Positions 15,275 through 26,115 of a stretch of 64,000 nucleotides of DNA are shown here, in pieces. Source of the DNA: an uncultured Bacilli bacterium (lineage in GTDB: Bacteria; Bacillota_I; Bacilli_A; RF39; UBA660); contig CAKORG010000003.1 of NCBI GenBank assembly GCA_934101495.1, forward strand, positions 2,679 to 66,678. Direction: 5' to 3'. The translations under genes and the position numbers were made by a program. Each line of letters begins with the position of its first letter. The stretch's first letter is position 1. The notes beneath the pieces were generated by a model. It was not told the DNA's origin. It saw only the letters and a program-made list of their open reading frames with translations, and did not search any database.

Positions 15275-15449
15275 GAATAGATATATTATGCTTGCCTCAA
15301 AAATATAAATTGTCGACTAAAGATTATGGTATTAACACTTGGCAAGTTAATTAATACACATTAAGTAAAACATTTAAATATTAAAAACAATATATTATTG
15401 AAAAAGCATTAAAGTTTTGATATTATATGAAACAAGAGGTGTTTAAATA

Positions 15450-16544
15450 GTGGAAATAATAGGTATAATCGCAGAATATAATCCTTTTCATAATGGTCAT
15501 ATTTATCATATAAAGAAAATAAAAGAAATGTATCCTGATTCAATATTAGTACTAGTGTTAAATGGATATTTTTTAGAACGCGGAGAAATATCGCTCTTAA
15601 CAAAAGAAAATAAAACCAAAATAGCTTTAGACTATGGAGTTAATATAGTTTTAGAACTACCATTTATATATGGAACACAGTCCGCGGATACATTTGCAAA
15701 TATGAGCATTAAATTACTTAATAAGTTAAATGTAAACAAAATTGTATTTGGTAGTGAATGTGCAGATATTACTATTTTAGAAAAACTTGCTGACACCCAA
15801 TTAGAACCTGAATTTGGAAAAAAAGTAAAAGCATATTTAGATGAAGGAAATAATTACCCTACTGCTCTTGCTAAAGCAACAAACATTGATTTTGAATATA
15901 ATCCCAATGACCTACTCGGTATTTCCTATATAAAAGCCATAAAGGAAAATAATTATAATATTAAACCAATATGTATTAAAAGAACAAATGATTATCATGA
16001 TTTAGATAGTAATGAAGAAATAATAAGTGCATCAAACATTAGGAATAAACTTAAATTAAATGAAAATATAAACAAATATTTACCTAATGAAGTAATAAAT
16101 AATTTAATTAAAGTTAATAAAGATATATATTTTAAATTATTAAAAAGTAAAATTATAACTGATGATAATTTAAATAATTATTTAGATGTAGATGAAGGAA
16201 TAGAATGTAGACTTAAAAAGAATATAATTATTTCTAATAATATGGATGAATTTATAGAAAAAGTTAAAACTAAAAGATATACATATAACAAATTAAATAG
16301 AATGTTTATTCATATATTAATTGGACTTAAAAAAAGTGATAATTATATAGATGATAAATATCTTAGAATAATAGGTTTTGATAATATAGGTAGAAATTAC
16401 TTACAAAAAATAGATTATAGAGCAAGTTTGAAAAACACTAAAGTTTATGATTATGAATTAAAAGCTAGTTTAATTTATGATCTAATTAACAACACTAATA
16501 CTTATGAATTTGAAATAAAAAACAAACCAGTCATCAAAGACTAG
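15450..16544 (+). CDS. tmcAL: tRNA(Met) cytidine acetate ligase TmcAL (YlbM/UPF0348 nucleotidyltransferase)
   Basis: 364 aa. GIIAEYNPFHNGHIYHI (HxGH nucleotidyltransferase motif). GTG start with RBS GAGGTG. Promoter TTGAAA-17-TATTAT lies upstream. Confidence 0.85.
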   Translation: MEIIGIIAEYNPFHNGHIYHIKKIKEMYPDSILVLVLNGYFLERGEISLLTKENKTKIALDYGVNIVLELPFIYGTQSADTFANMSIKLLNKLNVNKIVFGSECADITILEKLADTQLEPEFGKKVKAYLDEGNNYPTALAKATNIDFEYNPNDLLGISYIKAIKENNYNIKPICIKRTNDYHDLDSNEEIISASNIRNKLKLNENINKYLPNEVINNLIKVNKDIYFKLLKSKIITDDNLNNYLDVDEGIECRLKKNIIISNNMDEFIEKVKTKRYTYNKLNRMFIHILIGLKKSDNYIDDKYLRIIGFDNIGRNYLQKIDYRASLKNTKVYDYELKASLIYDLINNTNTYEFEIKNKPVIKD

Positions 16545-16558
16545 TTTGTTTTTGTTTG

Positions 16559-19500
16559 TTAAAATAAACTAAGTTGAGCAGATTCAGGCATTCCTTCAAA
16601 AACACCAAGTTCACGAAGAGCATTAATTGTTGTTTGATTTACTTTTCCTCGCATTTGAAAGTCTTCAACACAGAAAAATGGTTTTTTGTCTCTTTCTTCC
16701 ACAATTTTATTTGCAACGTTTTCGCCAAGACCATCAACAGCCATAAATGGCAAATACAAGCATTTATTTTCTTCATCAATATAAAATGTTTTAGCAAGTG
16801 ACTTAGTTATATCTATATTTTTAAAGGTAAAGCCACGAGCTAGCATTTCAAGAGCAACTGCTAGAGTATCCCCTACCGCAGATTCTTTAGCTGAAGCGCC
16901 AAAACCTTTTTCTTTTATTTCAATAAGTCTTCTTTTAATGCCATCGTAGCCTTTAAGCATAGCATTTACATCAAAATCACTTCTTCTTATACTAAAAAAT
17001 GCTGAATAATAATAAAGAGGATAATAAACTTTAAACCAAGCAACACGATATGCCATCATAACATAAGCACAAGCATGAGCCTTTGGGAACATGTATTCTA
17101 TTTTTCTACAACACTCAATAAACCACTCAGGAACACTAAATTCTCTCATGTATGCAACATGTTCAAGCCAAGTATCTGGTTCTTTCTTAGCTTTTCCTTT
17201 ACGAACGAATTCAGAAATTTTGAAGGCTCTAGATGGATCTAGACCATAGTTTATCAAACTAACCATGATATCATCACGACAACCAACAACTTCATTAAAT
17301 GAGGCAACATTATTTACAATTAAATCACGCACGTTTCCTTGCCATACATTAGTACCATGAGATAGCCCTGCGATCTTTACTAAGTCTGCAAAATGTGTAG
17401 GTTTAATTTCAAGAAGCATGTTAATAGCAAAATTTGTACCAAATTCAGGAATACCTAAAGTTCCTGTTTTACATAAAATTTGTTCTTCCGTAACTCCTAA
17501 GGCTTTCGGAGATGTAAATAAACTAATTATATTTTTATCATCAAACGGTATTTCTTCTTTAATATTTATACCTGTTGTATCACCTAAATATCTTAGCATT
17601 GTTGGATCATCGTGTCCAAGAATATCCAATTTTAAAACATTATCATGAATAGCATGGAAATCAAAGTGTGTTGTGTACCATGTACTATCTGGTTCATCAG
17701 CTGGATATTGATATGGTGTAAAATCAAATACATCCATATACTGAGGAATAACAATGATACCCCCAGGATGTTGTCCAGTTGTTCGTTTAACACCAGTACA
17801 TCCAATAGAAATACGTTCTATTTCTGCATTATTTAAAATAATACCTTTATCTTCACAATATGCTTTTACATAACCAAATGCTGTTTTTTCCGCAACAGTT
17901 GAAATAGTACCGGCACGATAAGCATGATCTTCACCGAATAGTACCTTTACATGATTATGAGCATCAGCTTGATTATCACCAGAGAAGTTAAGGTCGATAT
18001 CTGGTACCTTTTCGGCTTTAAATCCAAGGAATGTTGCAAATGGCATATCTTGTCCTTCTTTTTTGAGTTTGCTTCCACACTTGCAAGTTCTATCAGGCAT
18101 ATCATAACCAGATGGATAAAGACTAGCTAGGCTTTCACCATTTTCATCTTCAAAATAAGATTTTTTACACTTTGGACAAACATAATGCGGAGGAAGACCA
18201 TTAACTTCTGTAATTCCCATCATTGTGGCAACTAAACTTGAACCAACAGAACCACGAGAACCAACAAAGTAACCATCTTCGTTTGATTTTTTAACTAGTT
18301 TTTCTGCGATAAGATAAATGACGTCATATCCCCCACCGATAATACCAGCAAGTTCTGCCTCGAGTCTTTCTTCAATATTCTTGGGAAGTGGATCACCATA
18401 TATTTCATGAGCTTTATTATAAACCATTTCTTTAGTTACTTCGGCACTATTTTCCAAAACCGGAGTATATAATTTATCTCTGATTATTTGTAAATGTTCT
18501 ACCATATCAGCTATTTTATTAGTATTTGTTACAACTATTTCTTTAGCTAAATCATTACCTAAGAATGAAAAAGCATCAAGCATTTCTCTAGTTGTCATAA
18601 AGTACATGTTTGGTAGTTCTATATCAGGTCTATTTAAAGGATGTATTTTACCATTTGTTTTTTGATGAACAATAACTTTACGATAAATTAAATCTTCAGG
18701 TCTTAAATTATGAACATCACCAGTTGCACAAACAAGTTTGCCCATTGATTTAGCTATTTTTACAAGTCTTGCAACATAACCATTATATTCTAGTATATTA
18801 TGGAATTTTTTATCTTCACCAATTAAATGTGAACAGCTTGAAGCTGGTTGAACTTCAATATAATCATAGAAATTCATTAAATCTTTTAAATCATCATCAC
18901 TCATACCATAACCTTTATCAAAGACTTCACCATTTATGCAACCACTACCAACAATTAAACCATCACGCAAATTAATTAAATCAGTTCTTGGTAATTTAGC
19001 ATCTTTACCTTTATATAAATATTTAGTATTAGCAAGCGATATAATTTTAAATAAATTTTTAAGACCAACTGGATTTTTAGCAATTACAGTTAAATGAAAT
19101 GGTCTTGCAAACTTAATAGCATTTTCCTTATCTGCTAAAGTTTCTAAATCTAAAGTAGTTTTAATATTTTGAGATTTTAGTTCATATAACATTTTATAAA
19201 AGCATTTACTTGTTCCTTCACAGTCATAATCAGCTCTATGGTGTTTATCTTCATCCCATTCAACTTCTAAGTTTTTAACCAAAGTAGAAAGCTTATGATT
19301 ACGCCAATCAGGATACATATTTCTTGCCAGTCCCATTGTATCTACAACAGTATTATTAAATTCACCTAAGTTATATTTTTTACATGCACTTGTAACAAAA
19401 GAAATATCAAATTGAGCATTATGAGCTACTAAAGGTCTATCTCCACAAAACTCTAAGAATCTTCTCGTTACATTTTCTTCACTATCTTTACCTACTAACA

Positions 19501-20869
19501 TTTCATCAGTAATATTAGTAAGTTCCGTAATAATTTTTGGAAGAGGTGTAGGACAGGCAATAAGTTCATCAAATCTATCTATAATTTCATTATTTTTAAC
19601 TTTAACTGCCCCAATTTCTATCATTTGATCAATACCACTATTAAGACCAGTTGTTTCAGTATCATATACAATATATTCTTGATCAAATAATGGATACTCT
19701 TTATTTTTAAAAACAATATTTGATTCGACATCAACAATATTAAGCTCTGCTCCATATAAAGCTTTAAATTTATCTTTATCCTCTTTTCCTTTATTAGCTT
19801 TAGCTAAAGCATTATAAATATCTGGATAAGCCTGAAGTGAATTATGATCAGTTACAGCTACAGCCTTATGACCAAGTTTCATAGCAAATTTAGCAAGTGT
19901 TGCAGTTGGAACTACCCCATCCATCATACTCATCATTGTATGAGCATGAAGTTCAACTCTTTTTTCTTCTTCTTCATCTTTAACAGAAGAATCTTTTGAT
20001 GGAATAATTTCAATATTTCGAGCATTAATAACCATTTGATGCAAATATTCATCCATTTCCATATGCCCATGAATTCTATACCATGAACCAACATTAAGTT
20101 TTTTATTTAAAATACCAAACTCTTCTTCATTAAATCTTACAATTTTCATCGGATAGCTATCAGTTTTATCTGATACTTTCAAATTCATAATAAAGATTGG
20201 ACCTTTTTTTCCTTGTCTTTCTGCTACTTCTTTAGCAAAAATATAAACTTCAATTATTATATTCTTCATTTCACCAAGAATATTATTTAATTTAGTGACT
20301 TCTCCATCTTTATGTGTTCCAAGTATAACTGGACTTTCTTCCTTTTTAGATACTACACTTTGTTTTTCAAGTTCTATTTCTTCTTGAAGATTCTTTCTTT
20401 CATCTTCACTAATAATTACTTCAAGTTTATAATCCCCAAAACCATATCTTTTTAAATTATTTAATAAAGCTGAACCTTCATGAATTAAATCACTTTTTTC
20501 AAAATCATTTAAAACATGAAAATAAATTGTATCATTTATAACTTCAATATTACTTTTTTTAACACTTATTAAAGATGGTCTTTTTAAAATAATGTCATCA
20601 ATTAAATAATCTATATAACTTACTATATCTTCATGTGTAATATTATCATAATTCATAATGATTTCACATGGTTTTTCACCATTAATACCACTTAAAGCAC
20701 TTAAAAATAATCTATTTACATTACTTACTGGTAAGACATTTGTATTTTTAATATATACATAAAATTTATTTTCATTTTTCTTTAAAACTACTCTTTCTAA
20801 ACTTGCTTCATTAAATAATTCATCAGCAAATGAAATACTTTTAAAAAATCTATTTAATTCTTCATTCAT
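16559..20869 (-). CDS. polC: DNA polymerase III PolC-type alpha subunit
   Basis: 1436 aa with an OB domain, a PHP domain, an inserted DEDDh exonuclease (YVVYDTETTGL-type: YIVYDTETTGL) and the polymerase core. Confidence 0.97.
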   Translation of the reverse strand: MNEELNRFFKSISFADELFNEASLERVVLKKNENKFYVYIKNTNVLPVSNVNRLFLSALSGINGEKPCEIIMNYDNITHEDIVSYIDYLIDDIILKRPSLISVKKSNIEVINDTIYFHVLNDFEKSDLIHEGSALLNNLKRYGFGDYKLEVIISEDERKNLQEEIELEKQSVVSKKEESPVILGTHKDGEVTKLNNILGEMKNIIIEVYIFAKEVAERQGKKGPIFIMNLKVSDKTDSYPMKIVRFNEEEFGILNKKLNVGSWYRIHGHMEMDEYLHQMVINARNIEIIPSKDSSVKDEEEEKRVELHAHTMMSMMDGVVPTATLAKFAMKLGHKAVAVTDHNSLQAYPDIYNALAKANKGKEDKDKFKALYGAELNIVDVESNIVFKNKEYPLFDQEYIVYDTETTGLNSGIDQMIEIGAVKVKNNEIIDRFDELIACPTPLPKIITELTNITDEMLVGKDSEENVTRRFLEFCGDRPLVAHNAQFDISFVTSACKKYNLGEFNNTVVDTMGLARNMYPDWRNHKLSTLVKNLEVEWDEDKHHRADYDCEGTSKCFYKMLYELKSQNIKTTLDLETLADKENAIKFARPFHLTVIAKNPVGLKNLFKIISLANTKYLYKGKDAKLPRTDLINLRDGLIVGSGCINGEVFDKGYGMSDDDLKDLMNFYDYIEVQPASSCSHLIGEDKKFHNILEYNGYVARLVKIAKSMGKLVCATGDVHNLRPEDLIYRKVIVHQKTNGKIHPLNRPDIELPNMYFMTTREMLDAFSFLGNDLAKEIVVTNTNKIADMVEHLQIIRDKLYTPVLENSAEVTKEMVYNKAHEIYGDPLPKNIEERLEAELAGIIGGGYDVIYLIAEKLVKKSNEDGYFVGSRGSVGSSLVATMMGITEVNGLPPHYVCPKCKKSYFEDENGESLASLYPSGYDMPDRTCKCGSKLKKEGQDMPFATFLGFKAEKVPDIDLNFSGDNQADAHNHVKVLFGEDHAYRAGTISTVAEKTAFGYVKAYCEDKGIILNNAEIERISIGCTGVKRTTGQHPGGIIVIPQYMDVFDFTPYQYPADEPDSTWYTTHFDFHAIHDNVLKLDILGHDDPTMLRYLGDTTGINIKEEIPFDDKNIISLFTSPKALGVTEEQILCKTGTLGIPEFGTNFAINMLLEIKPTHFADLVKIAGLSHGTNVWQGNVRDLIVNNVASFNEVVGCRDDIMVSLINYGLDPSRAFKISEFVRKGKAKKEPDTWLEHVAYMREFSVPEWFIECCRKIEYMFPKAHACAYVMMAYRVAWFKVYYPLYYYSAFFSIRRSDFDVNAMLKGYDGIKRRLIEIKEKGFGASAKESAVGDTLAVALEMLARGFTFKNIDITKSLAKTFYIDEENKCLYLPFMAVDGLGENVANKIVEERDKKPFFCVEDFQMRGKVNQTTINALRELGVFEGMPESAQLSLF

Positions 20870-20870
20870 C

Positions 20871-23708
20871 TTAAACCACCTTCTTTATATTATTAACGAT
20901 TATACTTACTTTGTCAAATCTTTTCGAAACATTACCACTAATTTCTACTAAATCGCCTATTTTTAAGTTATTTAACAAATCCATACTTTTAGGAAAAATA
21001 GTAAAGTCAGCATTTCCAGTTTCATCACTAGCACTAATAAATGCCATATTTTCATTTTTTTTCGTTTTAATATTACTTATCCTATTTATTAAAACAACAC
21101 ACTTAATATTTTTAAATAAATATTTTTCTAACATTTCGAGTTTCATCACATTTTGATACTTACTTGCAGGGTGATTACTTATAAAATAACCGAAACTATC
21201 TAGTTCATTATTTCTTTTTACCTCATCACTATAATCATCTAATTCAACTATAACAGGCTTTTTAATTAACTCATCATCTATTTCTGCAAAGTTTAAAGCT
21301 ACTGCAATATTTTCCACCAAAGTTCTTTCATTTAAATTAAAACTTCTAAGGCTATCTGCTTTAATTAAAGTATTTAAAATATTTTCATTAAGGATTGTCT
21401 TATTCTTACAAACAAAATCAAAAAAATCAGTATATCCATCTTTTCTATTTTCTATTATTTTTTCACTTAAATTTTCTGGAATACCTTTAATTTGCCAAAG
21501 AGGCATTATTAATTCTTTTCCCCTTATATAAAACTTATTATGACTTAAATTCACATCTGGTTTTTCAAGCTTTATTCCTTTATTTTTTAAAAATGAAATC
21601 AACTTAGTAAACTTTTCACTATCTTTATTATTAATCATTTCTATAATAAAGTATTCTGGATATTTTACTTTTAAATAAGCCATATCATAACTTATACGAG
21701 CATAAGCAACTGAATGAGCTTTATTAAAACCATAACTAGCAAATTTAACTATCAAATCATAAATTGAAGTAGCAACTCCTCTATCATAACCTTTACTTAT
21801 AGCTCCATTTATAAATTTTTCTTTTTCAGCATTAATAACACTTTCTTTTTTCTTAGAAATAGCTCTTCTTATTATGTCAGCTTCTGCAAGTGAGTAACCA
21901 CCAATTTTACCTAGAATAGCAATAATCTGTTCTTGATAAAGAATTATTCCATAAGTATCTTTTAATATTGGTTCTAAATCTTTATGAATATAAGTAATTT
22001 CTTTCTTACCATTTTTTCTGGCAATATATTCATCAGCTTGTTCTAAAGCTCCAGGTCTACCTAAAGCAAGTGATGCTACTAAGTCATTAAAAGAATTAGG
22101 ATTTAATTTTCTAATTAAATTTCTCATAAGACTCGTTTCAAATTGAAATATTCCTTCAGTTTTTCCAGTGCTAAATAAATTTAGTACTGCTATATCATTT
22201 AAGTCAATATTTTTTAAAGCACTCTTTCCAACTTCATCTAATATATTTTTTATCGTAGTCAAATTTTTAAGGGCTAAAAAGTCCATCTTTAAAAGTCCAA
22301 TACTTTCTAAGTATTCCATTGTTACTCCGGTTATTAAAGTACCATTTTCATAATGAATTGGTATTATTTCATCTAAATTAGTACTTGATATTACTACACC
22401 AGCTGCATGAGTTGAAGTATTTTTTTTAAGGCCTTCTAAATGCATCGATATATTATATAGTTTTTTAAGTTCATTATAATTATTTAAATATTTTTTAATA
22501 TCCTCACTTGTTAAATTATCTTTTAAAGAAACATTACCATTTATACATTTAATAAAGTTATCAAGTAAAGCATCATTAATTTTTAATAATTTGCCAATTT
22601 CCCTAAGAACTAATTTACTTTTTAAAGTTGTAAAAGTAAGACCTAAAGCTACATTTTTATCACCATATCTATTTCTAACATACTCAATTACATCTTCTCT
22701 TCTTAAAGCATCAAAATCCACATCAATATCAGGCATTGTAACTCTTTCGGGATTTAAAAATCTTTCAAAAAGCAAATTATACTTTAACGGATCAATTTCA
22801 GTTATACCAATTGAGTAACTAACTAAAGAACCAGCTGCAGAACCCCGACCTGGCCCAACTAAAATATCATGTCTTTTAGCATATAAAACATAATCATAAA
22901 CAATTAAAAAATAATCTACAAACCCCATTTCATTTATTATTTTTAGTTCATAATTTAATCTTTTTAAATATGTATCAGGTATTTTACCATTTAATCTTTT
23001 AGCTAAACCTTTAAGACATAAATCATGCAAAAATAAAGAAGAATCAATATCATCTTTATATTTAGGAATATATTTCTTATTAAACTTTAATTCTAAATTT
23101 AGTAAACTAACTACTTCATCAATCTTTCCTAAGTCTATTTCAGGTTCAAAATAATAATTCTGTTCATAATTTTGCGCATCTTCTTTTCTCAATTTATCAA
23201 GATATGCTAAATACGGAACATTTTCTTTTTTTAACACTTTTAAATCATTTATATATAATACATTACTTGATGTTGTTAAAGCATTTAATCTTTCTAAATC
23301 GTTATTATAACTTATATAAAGATTATCAAAAAACTTTAATTTTTCAAATAATTCTTTACTTTTAAAAGGCACTATACATAGAATATTATCTTTATATATA
23401 GTTAAACTATCAATTGAAAGTTCATCTTTTTCTTTTAAAGTATGAATTTTAAGTAAATTTTTATAACCTTCAAAATTCATAGCATATAAATATACATTTA
23501 AATTATCTATTTTTATATCTAAACCTACGATTGGCTTTATATTATTTTTCTTACAAGTATAATAAAATTCTAGAACTCCGTATAGATTTTCATCACATAT
23601 TCCACATGTTGTAATTTTATTTTCACTTAAAAAACTAATTAAATCTGGAACTTTAATTAAGCTTTTTAATAATGTATAATCAGTTGTTACTTTAAGTGGT
23701 ATGTACAT
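20871..23708 (-). CDS. dnaE: DNA polymerase III alpha subunit DnaE-type
   Basis: 945 aa with an N-terminal PHP domain, ...GPGRGSAAGSLVSY..GIT..DP and an OB fold at the C-terminus. The stop codon is 1 nt before the polC ATG. Confidence 0.9.
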   Translation of the reverse strand: MYIPLKVTTDYTLLKSLIKVPDLISFLSENKITTCGICDENLYGVLEFYYTCKKNNIKPIVGLDIKIDNLNVYLYAMNFEGYKNLLKIHTLKEKDELSIDSLTIYKDNILCIVPFKSKELFEKLKFFDNLYISYNNDLERLNALTTSSNVLYINDLKVLKKENVPYLAYLDKLRKEDAQNYEQNYYFEPEIDLGKIDEVVSLLNLELKFNKKYIPKYKDDIDSSLFLHDLCLKGLAKRLNGKIPDTYLKRLNYELKIINEMGFVDYFLIVYDYVLYAKRHDILVGPGRGSAAGSLVSYSIGITEIDPLKYNLLFERFLNPERVTMPDIDVDFDALRREDVIEYVRNRYGDKNVALGLTFTTLKSKLVLREIGKLLKINDALLDNFIKCINGNVSLKDNLTSEDIKKYLNNYNELKKLYNISMHLEGLKKNTSTHAAGVVISSTNLDEIIPIHYENGTLITGVTMEYLESIGLLKMDFLALKNLTTIKNILDEVGKSALKNIDLNDIAVLNLFSTGKTEGIFQFETSLMRNLIRKLNPNSFNDLVASLALGRPGALEQADEYIARKNGKKEITYIHKDLEPILKDTYGIILYQEQIIAILGKIGGYSLAEADIIRRAISKKKESVINAEKEKFINGAISKGYDRGVATSIYDLIVKFASYGFNKAHSVAYARISYDMAYLKVKYPEYFIIEMINNKDSEKFTKLISFLKNKGIKLEKPDVNLSHNKFYIRGKELIMPLWQIKGIPENLSEKIIENRKDGYTDFFDFVCKNKTILNENILNTLIKADSLRSFNLNERTLVENIAVALNFAEIDDELIKKPVIVELDDYSDEVKRNNELDSFGYFISNHPASKYQNVMKLEMLEKYLFKNIKCVVLINRISNIKTKKNENMAFISASDETGNADFTIFPKSMDLLNNLKIGDLVEISGNVSKRFDKVSIIVNNIKKVV

Positions 23709-23828
23709 AATTTACTCCTTGTCATTATTTTATCACAATCCCATAATAAATTAAAGAAAAAAGAGATTTTTGTTATCCTTTTTAAGCCAAAATTAAAAGG
23801 ATAACATTTTAAATGCTATCCCTGTTTA

Positions 23829-24680
23829 CTATGAGTTAACTTTCAGGTTTTTAATTTCAGATATTGATAAGTTTGTTATTTCACTAATTTCATTGAAGGT
23901 ATAATTTTTTGAAAGCATATTTTTTGCAGTTTTTAGAAGGCCTTCTTTTAATCCTTTTTCTTCTCCACGTTGTTCTGCTGAAACTATCTTCCATGAATCA
24001 TCATGAAATATACTTATTACTTCAGGATCATTTATAAAACTATCTACCATTTCAATCGTACTCATCATCAATTCATCTCCCTTAGCTATTTTTATTGCTT
24101 CTTCATATGTCTTGGCACTGATCAATCTACACCATCTTATAAATCTCTCTTCATTTTTAGAATAAGATATTTCTTTTAAGATGTCAAGTCTTATTAGCAA
24201 CATTTCAATACTTTCATCCAATATTCTTCTATGGTTTATTACATTTATAAATTCATACTCATTTACAATTTCATTATTACTTAGTTTGTAATTACCATTC
24301 ATGATATTTAAACTAATTACTTTTTTAATCCTTTTATAAGGCTCTCTTTTTCTAAGCTGATGAGAATATATATATGATGCATAAGCTAAACTTTTCATAC
24401 ACTCAGTTTCTCCAAAGTTATTATACATCTCAATATTTACTAGTTTTCCATCAGATAATACTATAACTATATCCAAATAATAGTCATGTAGTTTGATATT
24501 ATTATTTTGAATATATTTCTGCTTAGATACTCTGATATATTTAACTTTTAAATCTGATTTTATGTACTCTAGATACGAATTATAATAATCTCTGATAATT
24601 TTCTTATTACTAAATACATGTTTAAATACTAAATCATTAGTTAACCATATAAACTCTTTCGTTTCTGTCAAGTTTATCAC
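23829..24680 (-). CDS. Rpn family recombination-promoting nuclease / PD-(D/E)XK putative transposase
   Basis: 283 aa. The N-terminus has DLVFKHVF... and YLDIVIVLSDGKLVNIEM (PD-(D/E)XK core). The C-terminal tail ...GEEKGLKEGLLKTAKNMLSKNYTFNEISEITNLSISEIKNL is typical of this family. Confidence 0.75.
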   Translation of the reverse strand: MINLTETKEFIWLTNDLVFKHVFSNKKIIRDYYNSYLEYIKSDLKVKYIRVSKQKYIQNNNIKLHDYYLDIVIVLSDGKLVNIEMYNNFGETECMKSLAYASYIYSHQLRKREPYKRIKKVISLNIMNGNYKLSNNEIVNEYEFINVINHRRILDESIEMLLIRLDILKEISYSKNEERFIRWCRLISAKTYEEAIKIAKGDELMMSTIEMVDSFINDPEVISIFHDDSWKIVSAEQRGEEKGLKEGLLKTAKNMLSKNYTFNEISEITNLSISEIKNLKVNS

Positions 24681-24823
24681 CCCCTTAGGACAAAAACAAG
24701 CTCTATCCTAACATATTTACATTAAGATATTTGTTGTTTTTTGTCGAACACATTAAATTTTTGTTAAAATTTATTTATTTAGGGTTTGAATATTATGACT
24801 TCTTATTGTATGTTTATAAGATT

Positions 24824-25954
24824 TTACATCCCAACGATATATGGTTTGTCTAATGTTCCTTCTCCATCTATTTTGTACACAGAAGCGTCTAGATACAAGA
24901 CTGGACGGACGCCATGCCCATTGTACGAGTTGTTGTATTTCAAGTTGCCGTTTTCGTCCAGATAGGACACATTGTCGTTGTTTGAAGAATAAGGTGTAAG
25001 TGTCCATTCGTATCCTTTTCCATACAGCCAATTTTGTCCTGCACACTTTGCTGTGTTATAAGAGCTTAAAACTGTTGTTCTCGTACAACTACTTGATAAC
25101 ACACTATATCCATAATCACTTGGATACATTAGTCCTATATATCCTGTTGTACTTGTTGGTCTTTCACTATACACTGTTGTTCCTCTTTCATAGCCATAGA
25201 AAGCTTCAGTTGTTGCACCATTACTTGAATATCCACCTAGATACCATGTTACTTTTGCTATCATACTTCTATATCCAGATTGTATTCCTTTTTTAGTATA
25301 ATCACAATTAGCTGTTGCTGAATAACTTCCATAGCAATAGCCTGAGCTTGTTCCGTCTTGAGCATTATAATATGCACCATTAAGTAGTTTATTTAAACTT
25401 GCTACTGTCCAATCGTTATTATACTTACCCTGTGCTAGTCCCCCAAGAGAGTCATCACAAATTATTTTAACCAAATACTTGCCGTCTTGACCATGAGAAC
25501 CACTATCAAACACACCGATTATTCTCCAGTATTCATTATTAAACCATATATAGTTATTTGGATTTTTTCCTTCATATCTATATCCATTTTCATTTACTAC
25601 TTGTCCTGTTCCTTGTGTTGTCTCTGCTAAACCTAAGATATAATCATTAAAGTATGTTTTTGTAATTGTTTCAAACTTAATATCACATGATACATCACCA
25701 GTTATATTTTCTATTGCTAACTTCCAATCGTCATATAACCATTTTCCATCAGCTCCTTCACATGATACATTTGCTTTATATAATCCTTTAGATGGAAAAG
25801 ATGTTATACTTTTTCCATCTAAAGATAAAGCATATAATATTCCATCTTTTTTAAATGTATGTTTATTATTAGTGTTTTTATTTAAAATAATAACACTAAT
25901 AAATAATACTATCAATATAATTCCTATACTTACTATTCTAATTCTTTTTTGCAT
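24824..25954 (-). CDS. membrane-anchored secreted protein, EWT...GVRP family member P2
   Basis: Start placed at MQKRIRIV (RBS GGAGG). Large blocks are near-identical to P3. The hypervariable 28 codons lie at 24908-24991. Confidence 0.7.
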   Translation of the reverse strand: MQKRIRIVSIGIILIVLFISVIILNKNTNNKHTFKKDGILYALSLDGKSITSFPSKGLYKANVSCEGADGKWLYDDWKLAIENITGDVSCDIKFETITKTYFNDYILGLAETTQGTGQVVNENGYRYEGKNPNNYIWFNNEYWRIIGVFDSGSHGQDGKYLVKIICDDSLGGLAQGKYNNDWTVASLNKLLNGAYYNAQDGTSSGYCYGSYSATANCDYTKKGIQSGYRSMIAKVTWYLGGYSSNGATTEAFYGYERGTTVYSERPTSTTGYIGLMYPSDYGYSVLSSSCTRTTVLSSYNTAKCAGQNWLYGKGYEWTLTPYSSNNDNVSYLDENGNLKYNNSYNGHGVRPVLYLDASVYKIDGEGTLDKPYIVGM

Positions 25955-26115
25955 AAGGCCTCCAACAATTTTATTAATTTTATTTTTAAACATTTGTGAC
26001 TTTTTATTATATAGTTTATATAAGCCTAAAAAAATTTGTCAATCGATCAATTAATTATTATATACTATGGAAGTTTTGCCAATCATGAAACAAGTGAGTG
26101 TTTAAACATAGATTC

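Noticed and set aside
15409-15603. 64-aa minus-strand ORF overlapping the tmcAL start
   Set aside because: It is antisense to the tmcAL promoter and 5' coding region and has no RBS. The tmcAL frame has clear nucleotidyltransferase motifs.
16574-23000. Numerous 60-80-aa plus-strand ORFs inside polC and dnaE
   Set aside because: They are antisense to well-supported essential genes. AT-rich antisense frames of this size are expected by chance, and they have no RBS or motifs.
24771-25046. 91-aa minus-strand ORF overlapping the 3' end of P2
   Set aside because: It is an alternative frame of the P2 C-terminal region. Its Arg/Trp-rich, low-complexity translation is produced by the GC-rich cassette. 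The P2 frame is supported by paralogs.
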